Part shown: piece after piece, positions 1 to 9,410 of the stretch
How positions within the stretch are numbered: the stretch's first letter is position 1
Layout: each line of letters opens with the position of its first letter
Assembly (NCBI GenBank): GCA_964642165.1
Contig: CAZXOC010000003.1
Coordinates: 784 to 64,783, forward strand
DNA length: 64,000 nucleotides
Direction of reading: 5' to 3'
DNA from: an uncultured Planctomycetaceae bacterium
Lineage (GTDB): Bacteria > Planctomycetota > Phycisphaerae > SM23-33
Notes under the pieces: model-generated
Told to the model about the DNA's origin: nothing
The model's database searches: none
Seen by the model: only the letters and a program-made list of their open reading frames with translations
Translations under genes and position numbers: made by a program

Positions 1-128
1 AACAGTCTGTGGGCCTGGCCGGGCTGCTGCCCGCCGGCGAGGGCGCCGGCTACGCCGGGGGCATCGTCAGCTCCGCCGTCGACGGGCTTCGTGCGGCCGG
101 GAACGTCCCGAAGGCCCGGCGTCGTTGA
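1..128 (+). CDS. 3' end of a FAD-dependent oxidoreductase (partial, C-terminus only)
   Basis: Frame 3 reads ...QSVGLAGLLPAGEGAGYAGGIVSSAVDGLRAAGNVPKARRR* with TGA at 126-128. The GEGAGYAGGI...DG tail is typical of FAD-binding dehydrogenases. The 5' part lies outside the window. Confidence 0.45.
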   Translation, partial: QSVGLAGLLPAGEGAGYAGGIVSSAVDGLRAAGNVPKARRR

Positions 129-145
129 CGGGCCCGGCGGCTGGG

Positions 146-1312
146 TCAGTCGCGCTGGTCCCGGCTGCGCTTGGACGGTTTGTCGGACTTCGCCGGCTGC
201 GGCTGCGGCCGCGGCCGGGCGGGCTGGCGGCGCTGCCGGAGGAGGCGCTGTCGGCGTTGGTTCTCTGTCCGCAGGGCCTCGCGCTCGGCTTCGTGCCGCT
301 TGCGGACCACGTCCGCGCGCTTACCGGAGGTCCGGAGCTCGGCCTTGTGGCGGCGGTCGAGCACCTCGCGTTCAGCCTCGTGCCGCTCCTGGAGCTGCTT
401 GTCCCGGACGGCGTAGCGGCGCTGGAGCTCCTGGCGGTCGGGCGGCCGGGCCGACGGCGGGGCGTCGACCACCCTGGGGCGGAAGATGCGGATGTGGTCG
501 TCGCGCTCGCGGGGCAGTCGGGTGGCCTCGGCGGAGGGCGCGTCGTAGACCTTCACCCGCGTGACGCGCCGCCCGACGGCCTTCTCGACGCGGTCCAGCG
601 GGACGCTGCGAACCGCGATGTGCCCGCGCTCGGCGACCATGCGCGTCACGTCGCGCGTGGCGCCGAAGATCGTGACGTTGCGATGGGGCAGGATCATGCG
701 CTCACGGATCGGATGAAGCAACTGCGCCTCCCGCACGAATACCCATTCGCGCTGGTGGATGTGATTCAGGTCGTAGCCGTGGCGCTCGAGCCGCCCGGCC
801 CAGCGGACCTTCGGCGGCAGCGGCGCCCAGCCGACGTAGCCCCCGCCGTGTCGCCAGGCCACCCACGCCGGGCCCCACTGCGGGTCCGGCAGCCACAACC
901 AACCGTACGACTCGTCGTAGACCCACCGCCCATAGTGGAACGGCGCCCAGCCCCACGCCCAGTTGGACACCCACAGCCAGCCGTCGTCATCCGAGTAGAC
1001 CCAATGGCCGGTGCTGTAGGGCCGCCAGCCGATCGGCACGTTCGCCGGCGTCCACACCCACCCGTGGACGCCGTGGCGCGACCACGTGCCATACGGCGCG
1101 AGCCTGTCGTAGAAGAAGGCGACGTCCACGTTCCGCGGCGCGACGGGAGGAGGCGGAGCGTACTCAACCTCGCGAGGGTGAATCACCACCCGCTCCCTGC
1201 AACCCGACGCCCCCAGCAAAACCCCGGCCGCACACAACACCACCCATCCCGCCTGCCTGATCATGACCGGTCTCCTCTTTGTCGTCGCGGTGCGCACTGT
1301 CCGTTTGAGCAC
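146..1312 (-). CDS. Lipoprotein with tandem Trp/Tyr/Gly-rich repeats and a Lys/Arg/Glu-rich C-terminal tail
   Basis: Lipobox LLGASGC after MIRQAGWVVLCAAGV (alternative start at 1264). Repeats of the type WVWTP..GWRPY..GHWVY..GWLWV..WAWGWAPFHYGRWVY..GWLWLP..WGPAWVAWRHGGGYVGWAP. Charged coiled-coil-like tail (RRYAVRDKQLQERHEAEREVLDRRHKAELR...). Confidence 0.55.
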   Translation of the reverse strand: MLKRTVRTATTKRRPVMIRQAGWVVLCAAGVLLGASGCRERVVIHPREVEYAPPPPVAPRNVDVAFFYDRLAPYGTWSRHGVHGWVWTPANVPIGWRPYSTGHWVYSDDDGWLWVSNWAWGWAPFHYGRWVYDESYGWLWLPDPQWGPAWVAWRHGGGYVGWAPLPPKVRWAGRLERHGYDLNHIHQREWVFVREAQLLHPIRERMILPHRNVTIFGATRDVTRMVAERGHIAVRSVPLDRVEKAVGRRVTRVKVYDAPSAEATRLPRERDDHIRIFRPRVVDAPPSARPPDRQELQRRYAVRDKQLQERHEAEREVLDRRHKAELRTSGKRADVVRKRHEAEREALRTENQRRQRLLRQRRQPARPRPQPQPAKSDKPSKRSRDQRD

Positions 1313-1831
1313 GGTCCTTTGATCCGGGATTTCCCGGATGAACTCCGGTCCACGACCATCGTGGTCCTCTTTAACGATTCTAGCGCTGCTCGGGAGGCCG
1401 ACAAGCCCTTTCCCGGTTCCAGCAAGGCAGCATCCACCTGGCGTCGGACCGGCGGGCAGATGCAGCGGACAGTGTCCCCACCGTTGGGTTCAGGATCTTC
1501 TTCTGCTGGGTGGGCCACCCCGAGAGAGCAGCGCCCGGGTGAGCGGCCCAGGGCATTGCTCGTTCGTCCGCAGCCATCAGGGCACAGGGGGCGTCCGAGC
1601 AGCGTGGAGCGCCCCCCACGGGTCCCGCACGCTCTCACCCTCCTGTCTTCTCCCACGTCGTGAGACGCTTGCCACCGCCGCGGCGGTCGGCGGGGGGAAA
1701 GTCGGGGGAGGTTTCGCCTTCGGCGAGGGGGGGCGATAGAATGCCCCGAGATCGCGCGGAGGCGTGTGACTCCGCGCGGGCGGCGATGGCGGACCTTCCG
1801 GGCCGTCTTGGCGAGACAGCGAGAGGTATCC

Positions 1832-2845
1832 ATGGGCGACAACGACGTGTACGACGTGATCATCGTGGGGGCGGGACCGGCGGGGCTGGCGGCTGGGCTG
1901 TACGCGGCACGCGACCGCTACCGGACGCTGCTGGTGGAGAAGAACGGCCTGCCGGGCGGGCAGATCATGCTCACCGAGCGGATCGAGAACTACCCGGGCA
2001 TCGTGCAGATCGGCGGCTTCCAACTCGTCGAGCAGCAGAAGAAGCAGGTGGAGAACTTCGGCGCGACCATCGCCGTGAACCGCGCGTGCACGGCGCTGCG
2101 GCGGCGCGACGACGGGCTGCTCGAGGTCCAGGCCAACGGCGGCGAGGAAACCTACCTCAGCCGCGCGGTGATCCTGTCCCCCGGCAGCGACTACCGCCGC
2201 CTCGGCGTGCCCGGTGAGGACGAGCTGCGCCAGGCCACACGCGTCAGCTACTGCGCGACGTGCGACGGGGCGTTCTACAAGGACAAGCACGTGCTGGCGG
2301 TGGGTGGGGGCAACACGGCCGTCGAGGACACGATCTACCTGGCCAGCCGCTTCTGCCGGAAGGTGACGATGATCCACCGCCGGCGGGAGTTCCGGGCGCA
2401 GCAGGTGCTGGTGGAGGAGCTGCACAAGGCGGCCGGGGAGCACGACATCGACGTCCGCCTGCCGTACGTGCTGGAGGAGATCGTCGGCACGGAGGACGGG
2501 ACGGAGATCGACCACGCGACGATCAAGAACGTCGAGACGGGCGAGGCCGAGCCGCTGAAGGTCGACGGCGTGTTCCTGTTCGTGGGGATGATCCCGAACA
2601 CGAAGTTCCTCGAGGGCATCGTCGAGATGAACGAGGCCGGGTACGTCGCCTGCGACTGCACGACGCTGAAGACGTCGATGCCGGGCGTGTTCGTGGCCGG
2701 GGACTGCCGCCAGCGCGCGGCGATGCAGCTCGTGACGGCGTGCGCCGACGGCGTGGTGGCGGCGATGATGCTGAAGGACTACTTCCGCGACCCGGACACG
2801 TGGCGGGAGTCGATGGCGGAGGAGGGCGCGTCGACGGGCTGGTAG
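1832..2845 (+). CDS. trxB: Thioredoxin-disulfide reductase
   Basis: MGDNDVYDVIIVGAGPAGLAAGLYAAR (FAD Rossmann fold), redox-active CATCDG motif, second GGGNTAVEDTIYLA NADPH fold. The ATG at 1832 is in frame with the track ORF starting at 1766. Confidence 0.9.
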   Translation: MGDNDVYDVIIVGAGPAGLAAGLYAARDRYRTLLVEKNGLPGGQIMLTERIENYPGIVQIGGFQLVEQQKKQVENFGATIAVNRACTALRRRDDGLLEVQANGGEETYLSRAVILSPGSDYRRLGVPGEDELRQATRVSYCATCDGAFYKDKHVLAVGGGNTAVEDTIYLASRFCRKVTMIHRRREFRAQQVLVEELHKAAGEHDIDVRLPYVLEEIVGTEDGTEIDHATIKNVETGEAEPLKVDGVFLFVGMIPNTKFLEGIVEMNEAGYVACDCTTLKTSMPGVFVAGDCRQRAAMQLVTACADGVVAAMMLKDYFRDPDTWRESMAEEGASTGW

Positions 2846-2858
2846 GCGCGGCGGCTTG

Positions 2859-4124
2859 TCAGTCGGGCACGCGCTGGATGTCGGCCCCGATGCCGCGCAG
2901 CTTGCACTCGATGCGCTCGTAGCCGCGGTCGATGTGGTAGACGCGCTGCACGGTGGTCGTGCCGCGGGCGATGAGCCCGGCCAGGACCAGGGCGGCCGAG
3001 GCCCGCAGGTCGCTGGCCATCACGGGCGCGCCGATCAGCCGCCGGACGCCGGTGACGATCGCGGTGGGGCCTTCCTTGCGGATGTTGGCGCCCATGCGGA
3101 GCAGCTCGGCGACGTGCATGAAGCGGTCGGGGAAGACCTTCTCGGTGATCGCGCTGTTGCCGTCGGCGAGGCACAGGAGCGTCATCACCTGGGCCTGGAG
3201 GTCGGTGGGGAAGCCGGGGAAGGGCTGGGTGGTCACGTCGGCGGGCTCGAGTCGCCGGGTGGAGGAGACGACCAGCCCGCCGTCGGCGGTGTCGATGATC
3301 ACGCCGATCTCGCGAAGCTTGTAGGCCACGGCCATCAGGTGGTCTATCCGGATGTTCCGCAGCGTCACCTCGCCGTTGGTGATGGCGGCGGCGACCATGA
3401 ACGTGCCGGCCTCGATGCGGTCGGGGATCGTGTTGTGCTCGGCGCCGTGGAGCTGCTCGACGCCCTCGATGAGGATTCGGGGCGTCCCCGCGCCCTCGAT
3501 GTGGGCGCCCATGGCGTTGAGGTAGTCGGCGAGGTCGGCGACCTCGGGCTCGCAGGCGGCGGACTCGATCATCGTCCGCCCCTCGGCGAGCACCGCGGCG
3601 GACATGACGTTCGCCGTGCCGAGGACGGTCGAGCCGAAGGGCCCGCCGAGGAAGACGTTGGCCCCGCGGAGCTTCTTGGCGCGGGCGACGATATCGCCCT
3701 CCTCCAGCTCGATATCGCCGCCGAGGGCCCGCAGGCCTCGAAGGTGGATGTCCACGGGTCGCGGGCCGATGGCGCAGCCGCCGGGCATGGCGACGCGGGC
3801 GAACCTGCGTTTGGCGAGGAGGGGCCCGAGGACGCAGATGCTGGCCCGCATCTTGCGCACGCGGTCGTAGCGGGCGTGGGAGGAGCCCTCGTCCTCGACG
3901 TTGACGTGGAGGTCGCCCTCGGGCGTCCGGGAGACGGACGCGCCGAGGTCGATCAGCAGCTCGGTCATGCTGCGGACGTCGGCGAGGTCCGGCACGCCGC
4001 GGAGGACGCTGGGCCCCTCGGCCAGCAGCGACGCCGCCATGATCGGCAGCGCCGCGTTCTTGGCGCCGCTGATGTCCACGGTCCCCTTGAGCCGCGCGCC
4101 GCCCTTGATCGCCAGCTTGTCCAT
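2859..4124 (-). CDS. murA: UDP-N-acetylglucosamine 1-carboxyvinyltransferase
   Basis: MDKLAIKGGARLKGTVDISGAKNAALPIMAASLLAEG... through ...RGIGADIQRVPD, full-length MurA-like (about 421 aa). The long N-terminal extension in the track ORF is spurious. Convergent with trxB. Confidence 0.9.
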   Translation of the reverse strand: MDKLAIKGGARLKGTVDISGAKNAALPIMAASLLAEGPSVLRGVPDLADVRSMTELLIDLGASVSRTPEGDLHVNVEDEGSSHARYDRVRKMRASICVLGPLLAKRRFARVAMPGGCAIGPRPVDIHLRGLRALGGDIELEEGDIVARAKKLRGANVFLGGPFGSTVLGTANVMSAAVLAEGRTMIESAACEPEVADLADYLNAMGAHIEGAGTPRILIEGVEQLHGAEHNTIPDRIEAGTFMVAAAITNGEVTLRNIRIDHLMAVAYKLREIGVIIDTADGGLVVSSTRRLEPADVTTQPFPGFPTDLQAQVMTLLCLADGNSAITEKVFPDRFMHVAELLRMGANIRKEGPTAIVTGVRRLIGAPVMASDLRASAALVLAGLIARGTTTVQRVYHIDRGYERIECKLRGIGADIQRVPD

Positions 4125-4283
4125 GGGTCGTGCCTGCCCTCTGCTCGGTCGCGTCGTGGTCCGCGCGGTACCATACCGCGCGGGCGGGAGCGCCCGCAAC
4201 CGCCGAAGGCCCGGTACCCGGACCGGCCGGGCGACGTTCCACAGCGCGGTGCGCGGCCGGGCCCGCGCCCCGGGAGGCGAGCG

Positions 4284-4925
4284 ATGATCGAGTACGACAA
4301 GCTGTACGACATCTCCATCCTGCTGGGCGTGGAGTCGGCCAGTTGGCCGGGCGACCCGCCCTACACGCGGCGGCTGCGCGCGGCGATCGGCGAGGGCAGC
4401 CTGTCCGACGTGTCGATGGTCGAGATGACCGCCCACACGGGCACGCACGTCGACACGCCGGGGCACTTCGTGGCCGGCGGGAAGAAGCTGGACGACTACC
4501 GGCCGGAGGACTTCATCCTCCCGGCCCGCGTGGTGAACGTGGGCGACGCGACGGTGGTCGCCCCGGACGTCGTCGATGCGGCGGGCCTGCGTGAAGGCGA
4601 GGCCGTGCTGTTCCGGACGGCCAACAGCGCGACCGGGCGCATCGCCGGCGCGCGGTTCTTCGAGGACGGCGTGACCCTGGCCCCGGAGACGGCCGAGCTG
4701 TGCGTGCGGTGCCGCGCACCGCTGGTGGGGATCGACTACTTCACCGTGGACGCCTACGGCGAGGGGGACTTCCCCGTCCACCGAACGCTCCTGCGTGCGG
4801 GCGTGCTCATCCTGGAGACGATCAACCTTCGCGACGTGCCGGCGGGCGAGTACACGCTGATCTGCCTGCCCCTTCGCCTCCACGGCGCCGAGGCCTCGCC
4901 CGTCCGCGCCGTGCTGTTGCGGTGA
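4284..4925 (+). CDS. Putative cyclase / kynurenine formamidase-like hydrolase (PF04199-like)
   Basis: MIEYDKLYDISILL..; signature HTGTHVDTPGHF (HxGTHxDxPxH). Only the last 213 aa of the 689-aa track ORF are credible. Confidence 0.7.
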   Translation: MIEYDKLYDISILLGVESASWPGDPPYTRRLRAAIGEGSLSDVSMVEMTAHTGTHVDTPGHFVAGGKKLDDYRPEDFILPARVVNVGDATVVAPDVVDAAGLREGEAVLFRTANSATGRIAGARFFEDGVTLAPETAELCVRCRAPLVGIDYFTVDAYGEGDFPVHRTLLRAGVLILETINLRDVPAGEYTLICLPLRLHGAEASPVRAVLLR

Positions 4926-4987
4926 GCCCGGCGGCCTGCTACGCTCTACGTAGTGGGTGCTGTCACCGCAGGCACGGGGAACCGGGC

Positions 4988-5893
4988 ATGGTGAGGCGAC
5001 AGGGAAGGAACAATCGGCCCGCGGCGCGGGGACGGCTTGGTTGGGCCGGCGCGTTGGTGCTGTTGGCCGCGGCGAGCGGTCTGGCGGCGAGCGCGGCCGG
5101 GGCGAGCGCGGCATCGCGGCCGACGTCGTCGCCGGTGACGTTCTCCGTCGCGACGTACAACATCCACGGGGCAAACCGCCACCTGCCTCAGGTGGTCGCG
5201 AACATCCGCCGGACGAAGGCCGACCTCGTCTGCCTCCAGGAGGTCAACCGCGGGGCGAGCCCCACGCTCAAGAAGCACCTCCGCGGGCAGTACCCGCACA
5301 TGGTCTTCGGCCTGAACCAGGTGGCCGACGGCTTCGCCCTGCTGGCGAGGAAGCCGATCACGCACCGCGGGTGGGTCCCGGCCGGGCGGATCAATTACCA
5401 CAGCGTCCTGCACGCCCGGACGGAGCTCGGCGGGCGCCAGGTACAGGTGGTGGCCGTCCACCTGATTCCGAATATTCCCAAGCCGCGCGCCGACGTGGGG
5501 GAGCAGTGGAAGCACGTCGCCCGCCAGGAGCGGATCCGCAACCGTGACGTGGCGCGTGTGGCCGGGCTGTTCTCCAAGGATCTGCCGGTCCTGGCGCTGG
5601 GCGACTTCAACTGCCTGTCCTTCCAGGGCGCGGTGACGTACATGGCCTCGCGAGGCTTCGTGGACAGCGCGGCGTCGGTCTGCGAGAGGCCCGATGCGCT
5701 GTACACGTGGCGGGGCCGGTTCGCCGGCCGGCTGCTGCACACGCGGATCGACTACATCTTCCACACCGCACACTTCCGGACGCTCGCCAGCCGGGTCATC
5801 CACGAGGCGGGCAGCGACCATTTCCCCGTCGTCAGCACGTTGGCGTGGGCGAAGCGGCAGGCGGCGGGGGCCCCGCAAGGCGAGCGGGGGTAG
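4988..5893 (+). CDS. Secreted endonuclease/exonuclease/phosphatase (EEP) family protein
   Basis: Signal peptide after MVRRQGRNNRPAARGRLGWAGALVLLAAASGLAASAAGASA. EEP signatures FSVATYNIHG, DLVCLQEV, LGDFNC and C-terminal SDHFPV. Confidence 0.7.
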   Translation: MVRRQGRNNRPAARGRLGWAGALVLLAAASGLAASAAGASAASRPTSSPVTFSVATYNIHGANRHLPQVVANIRRTKADLVCLQEVNRGASPTLKKHLRGQYPHMVFGLNQVADGFALLARKPITHRGWVPAGRINYHSVLHARTELGGRQVQVVAVHLIPNIPKPRADVGEQWKHVARQERIRNRDVARVAGLFSKDLPVLALGDFNCLSFQGAVTYMASRGFVDSAASVCERPDALYTWRGRFAGRLLHTRIDYIFHTAHFRTLASRVIHEAGSDHFPVVSTLAWAKRQAAGAPQGERG

Positions 5894-6082
5894 GTCGGGC
5901 AGGGCGACGGCGCGGCGACAGCTTTTTCGTTGACTCCCTGTTGTACGGCGGCGCGTGGCCGTGGTAGGATGATTGCCGTTGGCTACATCTTGTCTTTCTG
6001 GTTCGCGGTGCTGCCCCTTTGGATCGCCTTTGGATCAGTCTCGCGAGACACAACGGCCAGGCCGCTCGGAGTACCTGACATG

Positions 6083-6328
6083 ATGAACATCTACGTTGGC
6101 AACCTTCCCTACAACATGGGCGACGCGGAGCTGGAAGCGGCCTTCGCGGCGTACGGCGCGGTGGACCGCGCCAAGGTGATCGCGGACCGCGAGACGGGGC
6201 GATCCCGCGGGTTCGGCTTTGTCGAGATGCCCAACGATGACGAGGCCCGCGCCGCCATGGAGGCCCTGAACGGGAACGAGATGGACGGTCGGCGGCTGAC
6301 CGTCAACGAAGCGCGTCCGAGGCACTGA
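6083..6328 (+). CDS. RNA-binding protein with a single RRM domain
   Basis: MNIYVGNLPYNMGDAELEAAFAAYGAV..KVIADRETGRSRGFGFVEMPNDDEA..AMEALNG (RNP-2 IYVGNL, RNP-1 RGFGFVEM). The upstream part of the track ORF is spurious. Confidence 0.8.
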   Translation: MNIYVGNLPYNMGDAELEAAFAAYGAVDRAKVIADRETGRSRGFGFVEMPNDDEARAAMEALNGNEMDGRRLTVNEARPRH

Positions 6329-6821
6329 CCGCCCCGCCGCGCGACAGGTCTCGATCGCTCGCCGAGAGCACGGGGGCTGGTTCGCCTGCTGACTGCTCTT
6401 CGGTCACCCTGGCCTGATCTCCGCTTGCCTTGCCGGGCAGCGCCGTATCCCCGTTCAGCCGGCGGCGCTGCTGCCGGTCGCCGGCGATGGCTGCGGGAGC
6501 CGGACGACGTGGCGGGCATGAGGAAGATCGCGCTGGTCGTCTGCTGCGGGCCGGCCCTGCCCGGATGCGGCAGGGAGGACCGCGCCTCCGCCCCGGCCCG
6601 TCGCGGCAAGAAGGGCGTGCCCTTGTCGCCCCCCGCCGGTTGACGCCGCGAAGCTCGTCGGGGTGCTCCGGGAGATCGCCGCACTCGAGCAGCAGGGCGA
6701 GTTCGCCCGGGCGTGGGAACTCGCGCCGGAGCCCGACCGTGGGCCAAGCAGGCCGTAGCGTTTCGGCGGCGAGCTGCGCCTTCGCATTGCCGACCACCTC
6801 GGCTCGTTTCTCGGCAAAGGG

Positions 6822-6990
6822 TTGACAGCTTTGCGGCCGAGGGAATATCATGGCACCGACGATGAATGCAGGCAGGAGACAACGCGGGACGTGGGCGTCG
6901 ACCGGCGAGGGCCGGTGCGCCGGGTCCCTGTCCGTGCTGCTTGTGGTCGTTGTACTATAGGCCGCTGCGCATCGTTCCCCCGCAGCGGCC
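6822..6990 (+). promoter_or_regulatory. Putative ilvBN leader region: promoter-like TTGACA-N18-TATCAT, a short leader ORF ending in SVLLVVVVL*, and a GC hairpin
   Basis: TTGACA at 6822-6827 and TATCAT at about 6846-6851. A small ORF (ATG 6850 or 6862 to TAG 6958-6960) encodes ...GEGRCAGSLSVLLVVVVL*. It is immediately followed by GGCCGCTGCG-catcgttcccc-CGCAGCGGCC (6960-6990). This lies upstream of ilvB. Confidence 0.45.
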
Positions 6991-7124
6991 GTCACCCCGA
7001 TTCGCCCCGGCGCGGGCGGTTTCCCCTTGGGCCTTCGGTGGTCCGCCCCTGGACGAGGGTTTTTCCCGACGGCCGGTGAGTGTACCGTAGTGGCCGTCAT
7101 CGACGAGAGAGGAAGGATGAAGCC

Positions 7125-8843
7125 ATGACCGACAAGAAGGACGACCCGGGCGGCTCGGGCCACCGCGGCTACGCCGACCTGACCGGCGCGCAGATCTTCA
7201 ACGAGATGCTGCTGGAAGAGGGCGTGGAGGTCCTCTTCGGCTTTCCGGGCGGGGCGGTGATTCCGATTTTCGACGTCCTGTACGACTCGCCGCTGAAGTT
7301 CGTGATGTCGCGGCACGAGCAGGGCGCCTGTCACATGGCCGACGGGTACGCCCGCTCGACGGGCAAGACGGGCGCGGTGATCGCCACCAGCGGGCCCGGG
7401 GCGACGAACCTGATCACCGGGCTGGCGACGGCGAACATGGACTCGGTGCCTCTGGTGGCCTTCACGGGCCAGGTCCGCAGCCAGTTGATCGGCAACGACG
7501 CCTTCCAGGAGGCGGACACGACGGGCATCACGCGCCCGATCACGAAGCACAACTTCCTGGTGACGCGCGTGGAGGACCTCGGCCGGACCGTCAAGGAGGC
7601 GTTCCACATCGCCCGGACCGGTCGGCCCGGGCCGGTCGTGGTGGACATCGCGGTGGACGCGACGGTGAACAAGCCCGGCCGGGAACCGGCGATGGAGCCG
7701 GACCTCCCGGGCTACAAGCCGCGCGGGGGCGGTCACATCCGGCAGGTCCGCGCGGCGGCGGCGGCCATCAACGCCGCCGATCACCCGGTGCTGTACGTCG
7801 GCGGCGGCGTGGTGCTGTCGGGGGCGACGGAGGCGCTTCGCGCGGTGGCGCAGAAGGGGCGCATCCCCGTCACGACCACGCTGCTGGGGCTCGGCACGTT
7901 CGACGAGACGGACCCGCTGTCGCTGAGGATGCTGGGGATGCACGGCACGGCGTACGCGAACTACGCCGTGCAGGAGAGCGACTGCCTGGTCGCGGTGGGG
8001 GCGCGGTTCGACGACCGGGTCACCGGCAAGATCGAGGCGTTCGCCCCGAAGGCGAAGATCATCCACGTGGACATCGACCCGGCGAGCATCTCGAAGAACG
8101 TGCCGGTCGACATCCCCGTGGTGGGCGACGCGAAGTACATCCTGGAGAAGCTGCTGGAGCACCTCGAGGCGAAGGAGCGTCCGGCCTGGCACGAGCAGAT
8201 CGCGCAGTGGAAGAAGCTCTACCCGCTCAAGTACGCCCCGGACGGCGGGATCAAGCCGCAGGAGGTCGTGGAGCTCCTGGGCGAGCTGACGAGGCACGAC
8301 GCGATCGTCGCGACGGGCGTGGGACAGCACCAGATGTGGGCGGCGCAGTTCTACGGATGGCGCCGTCCGCGCCAGATCCTCACGTCGGGCGGCCTCGGCA
8401 CGATGGGCTACGGCTGCCCGGCGGCGATCGGGGCGCAGTTCGGCAACCCGGGCGCCACGGTGCTCGACATCGACGGCGACGGGAGCTTCTCGATGACGAT
8501 GGGGGAGGTGATCACGGCCGTGCAGCACGACCTGCCGGTCAAGTTCATCGTGCTGGACAACGGGTACCTCGGCATGGTGCGCCAGTGGCAGGACCTGTTC
8601 TACCACAAGCGGTACTCGGCGGTGGCGCACCCGTGTCCGGACTTCAAGATGGTGGCGGAGGGCTTCGGCGCTCGCGGCATCCGGATCTCGGCGCGGAGCG
8701 AGTTGGCCGACGGGCTGAACGAGGCGCTCAAGCACCCGGGCCCGGTGGTGGTGGCCGTCGAGGTGGAGCCGGAGGAGAACGTCTACCCGATGGTGGCGGC
8801 CGGCAAGGGCCTCCACGAAATGGACCTCGGCAAACTCGCCTGA
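7125..8843 (+). CDS. ilvB: Acetolactate synthase, large (catalytic) subunit
   Basis: RBS GAGAGGAAGG then ATG 7125. MTDKKDD..IFNEMLLEEGVEVLFGFPGGAVIPIFD..SRHEQGACHMADGYAR..GPGATNLITG; TPP-binding region GGLGTMGYGCPAAIGAQ..; about 572 aa. Confidence 0.9.
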   Translation: MTDKKDDPGGSGHRGYADLTGAQIFNEMLLEEGVEVLFGFPGGAVIPIFDVLYDSPLKFVMSRHEQGACHMADGYARSTGKTGAVIATSGPGATNLITGLATANMDSVPLVAFTGQVRSQLIGNDAFQEADTTGITRPITKHNFLVTRVEDLGRTVKEAFHIARTGRPGPVVVDIAVDATVNKPGREPAMEPDLPGYKPRGGGHIRQVRAAAAAINAADHPVLYVGGGVVLSGATEALRAVAQKGRIPVTTTLLGLGTFDETDPLSLRMLGMHGTAYANYAVQESDCLVAVGARFDDRVTGKIEAFAPKAKIIHVDIDPASISKNVPVDIPVVGDAKYILEKLLEHLEAKERPAWHEQIAQWKKLYPLKYAPDGGIKPQEVVELLGELTRHDAIVATGVGQHQMWAAQFYGWRRPRQILTSGGLGTMGYGCPAAIGAQFGNPGATVLDIDGDGSFSMTMGEVITAVQHDLPVKFIVLDNGYLGMVRQWQDLFYHKRYSAVAHPCPDFKMVAEGFGARGIRISARSELADGLNEALKHPGPVVVAVEVEPEENVYPMVAAGKGLHEMDLGKLA

Positions 8844-8867
8844 GCCGCGAAGGAGCGGAGAGCAATC

Positions 8868-9353
8868 ATGAAACACGTGATCATGGCACTGGTTCAGAAT
8901 CAGCCGGGCGTCCTGGCGCACGTGGCCGGCATGTTCGCCGCCCGCGGGTTCAACATCGATTCGCTCGTCGTCGGGCGGACGGAGGACCCGATGTTGTCGC
9001 GGATGACGATCGTGGCCGTCGGGGACGACCGCGTCCTGGAGCAGATCCGCAAGCAGTTGGAGAAGATCGTCACCGTCGTGAAGGTTCGCGACTTCCAGGA
9101 CGTCCGCTACGTCGAGCGCGACCTGATGCTGGTTCGCGTCCACGCCCCCGCGGAGAAGCGCTCGAAGGTGGTGGACCTGGTGACCCTGTTCCGCGGGCGC
9201 GTGGTGGACGTGTCGCGCAAGAGCCTCATCGTGGAGATGTCGGGCCCCGAAGACAAGCTGGAGGCGTTCGTCGACCTGGCGAAGCCCTACGGCATCGGCG
9301 AGCTGGCCCGCACCGGCGTGATCGCGATGAAGCGAGGCACGCAGGCCGACTGA
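8868..9353 (+). CDS. ilvN: Acetolactate synthase, small (regulatory, ACT-domain) subunit
   Basis: MKHVIMALVQNQPGVLAHVAGMFAARGFNIDSLVVGRTEDPMLSRMTIV (ACT domain), 161 aa, 24 nt downstream of ilvB. Confidence 0.85.
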   Translation: MKHVIMALVQNQPGVLAHVAGMFAARGFNIDSLVVGRTEDPMLSRMTIVAVGDDRVLEQIRKQLEKIVTVVKVRDFQDVRYVERDLMLVRVHAPAEKRSKVVDLVTLFRGRVVDVSRKSLIVEMSGPEDKLEAFVDLAKPYGIGELARTGVIAMKRGTQAD

Positions 9354-9410
9354 GACGAAGGGCGGATCGCCCGGGACGAGCAGCTTGGCAAGGCATAGGG
9401 AGCGACACCC

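Noticed and set aside
2856-4925. 689-aa ORF antisense to murA
   Set aside because: Only the C-terminal 213 aa (cyclase with HxGTHxDxPxH) is credible. The rest overlaps murA on the opposite strand and is Gly/Asp/Ala low-complexity. The antisense ORF 2779-4242 and similar ORFs were rejected likewise.
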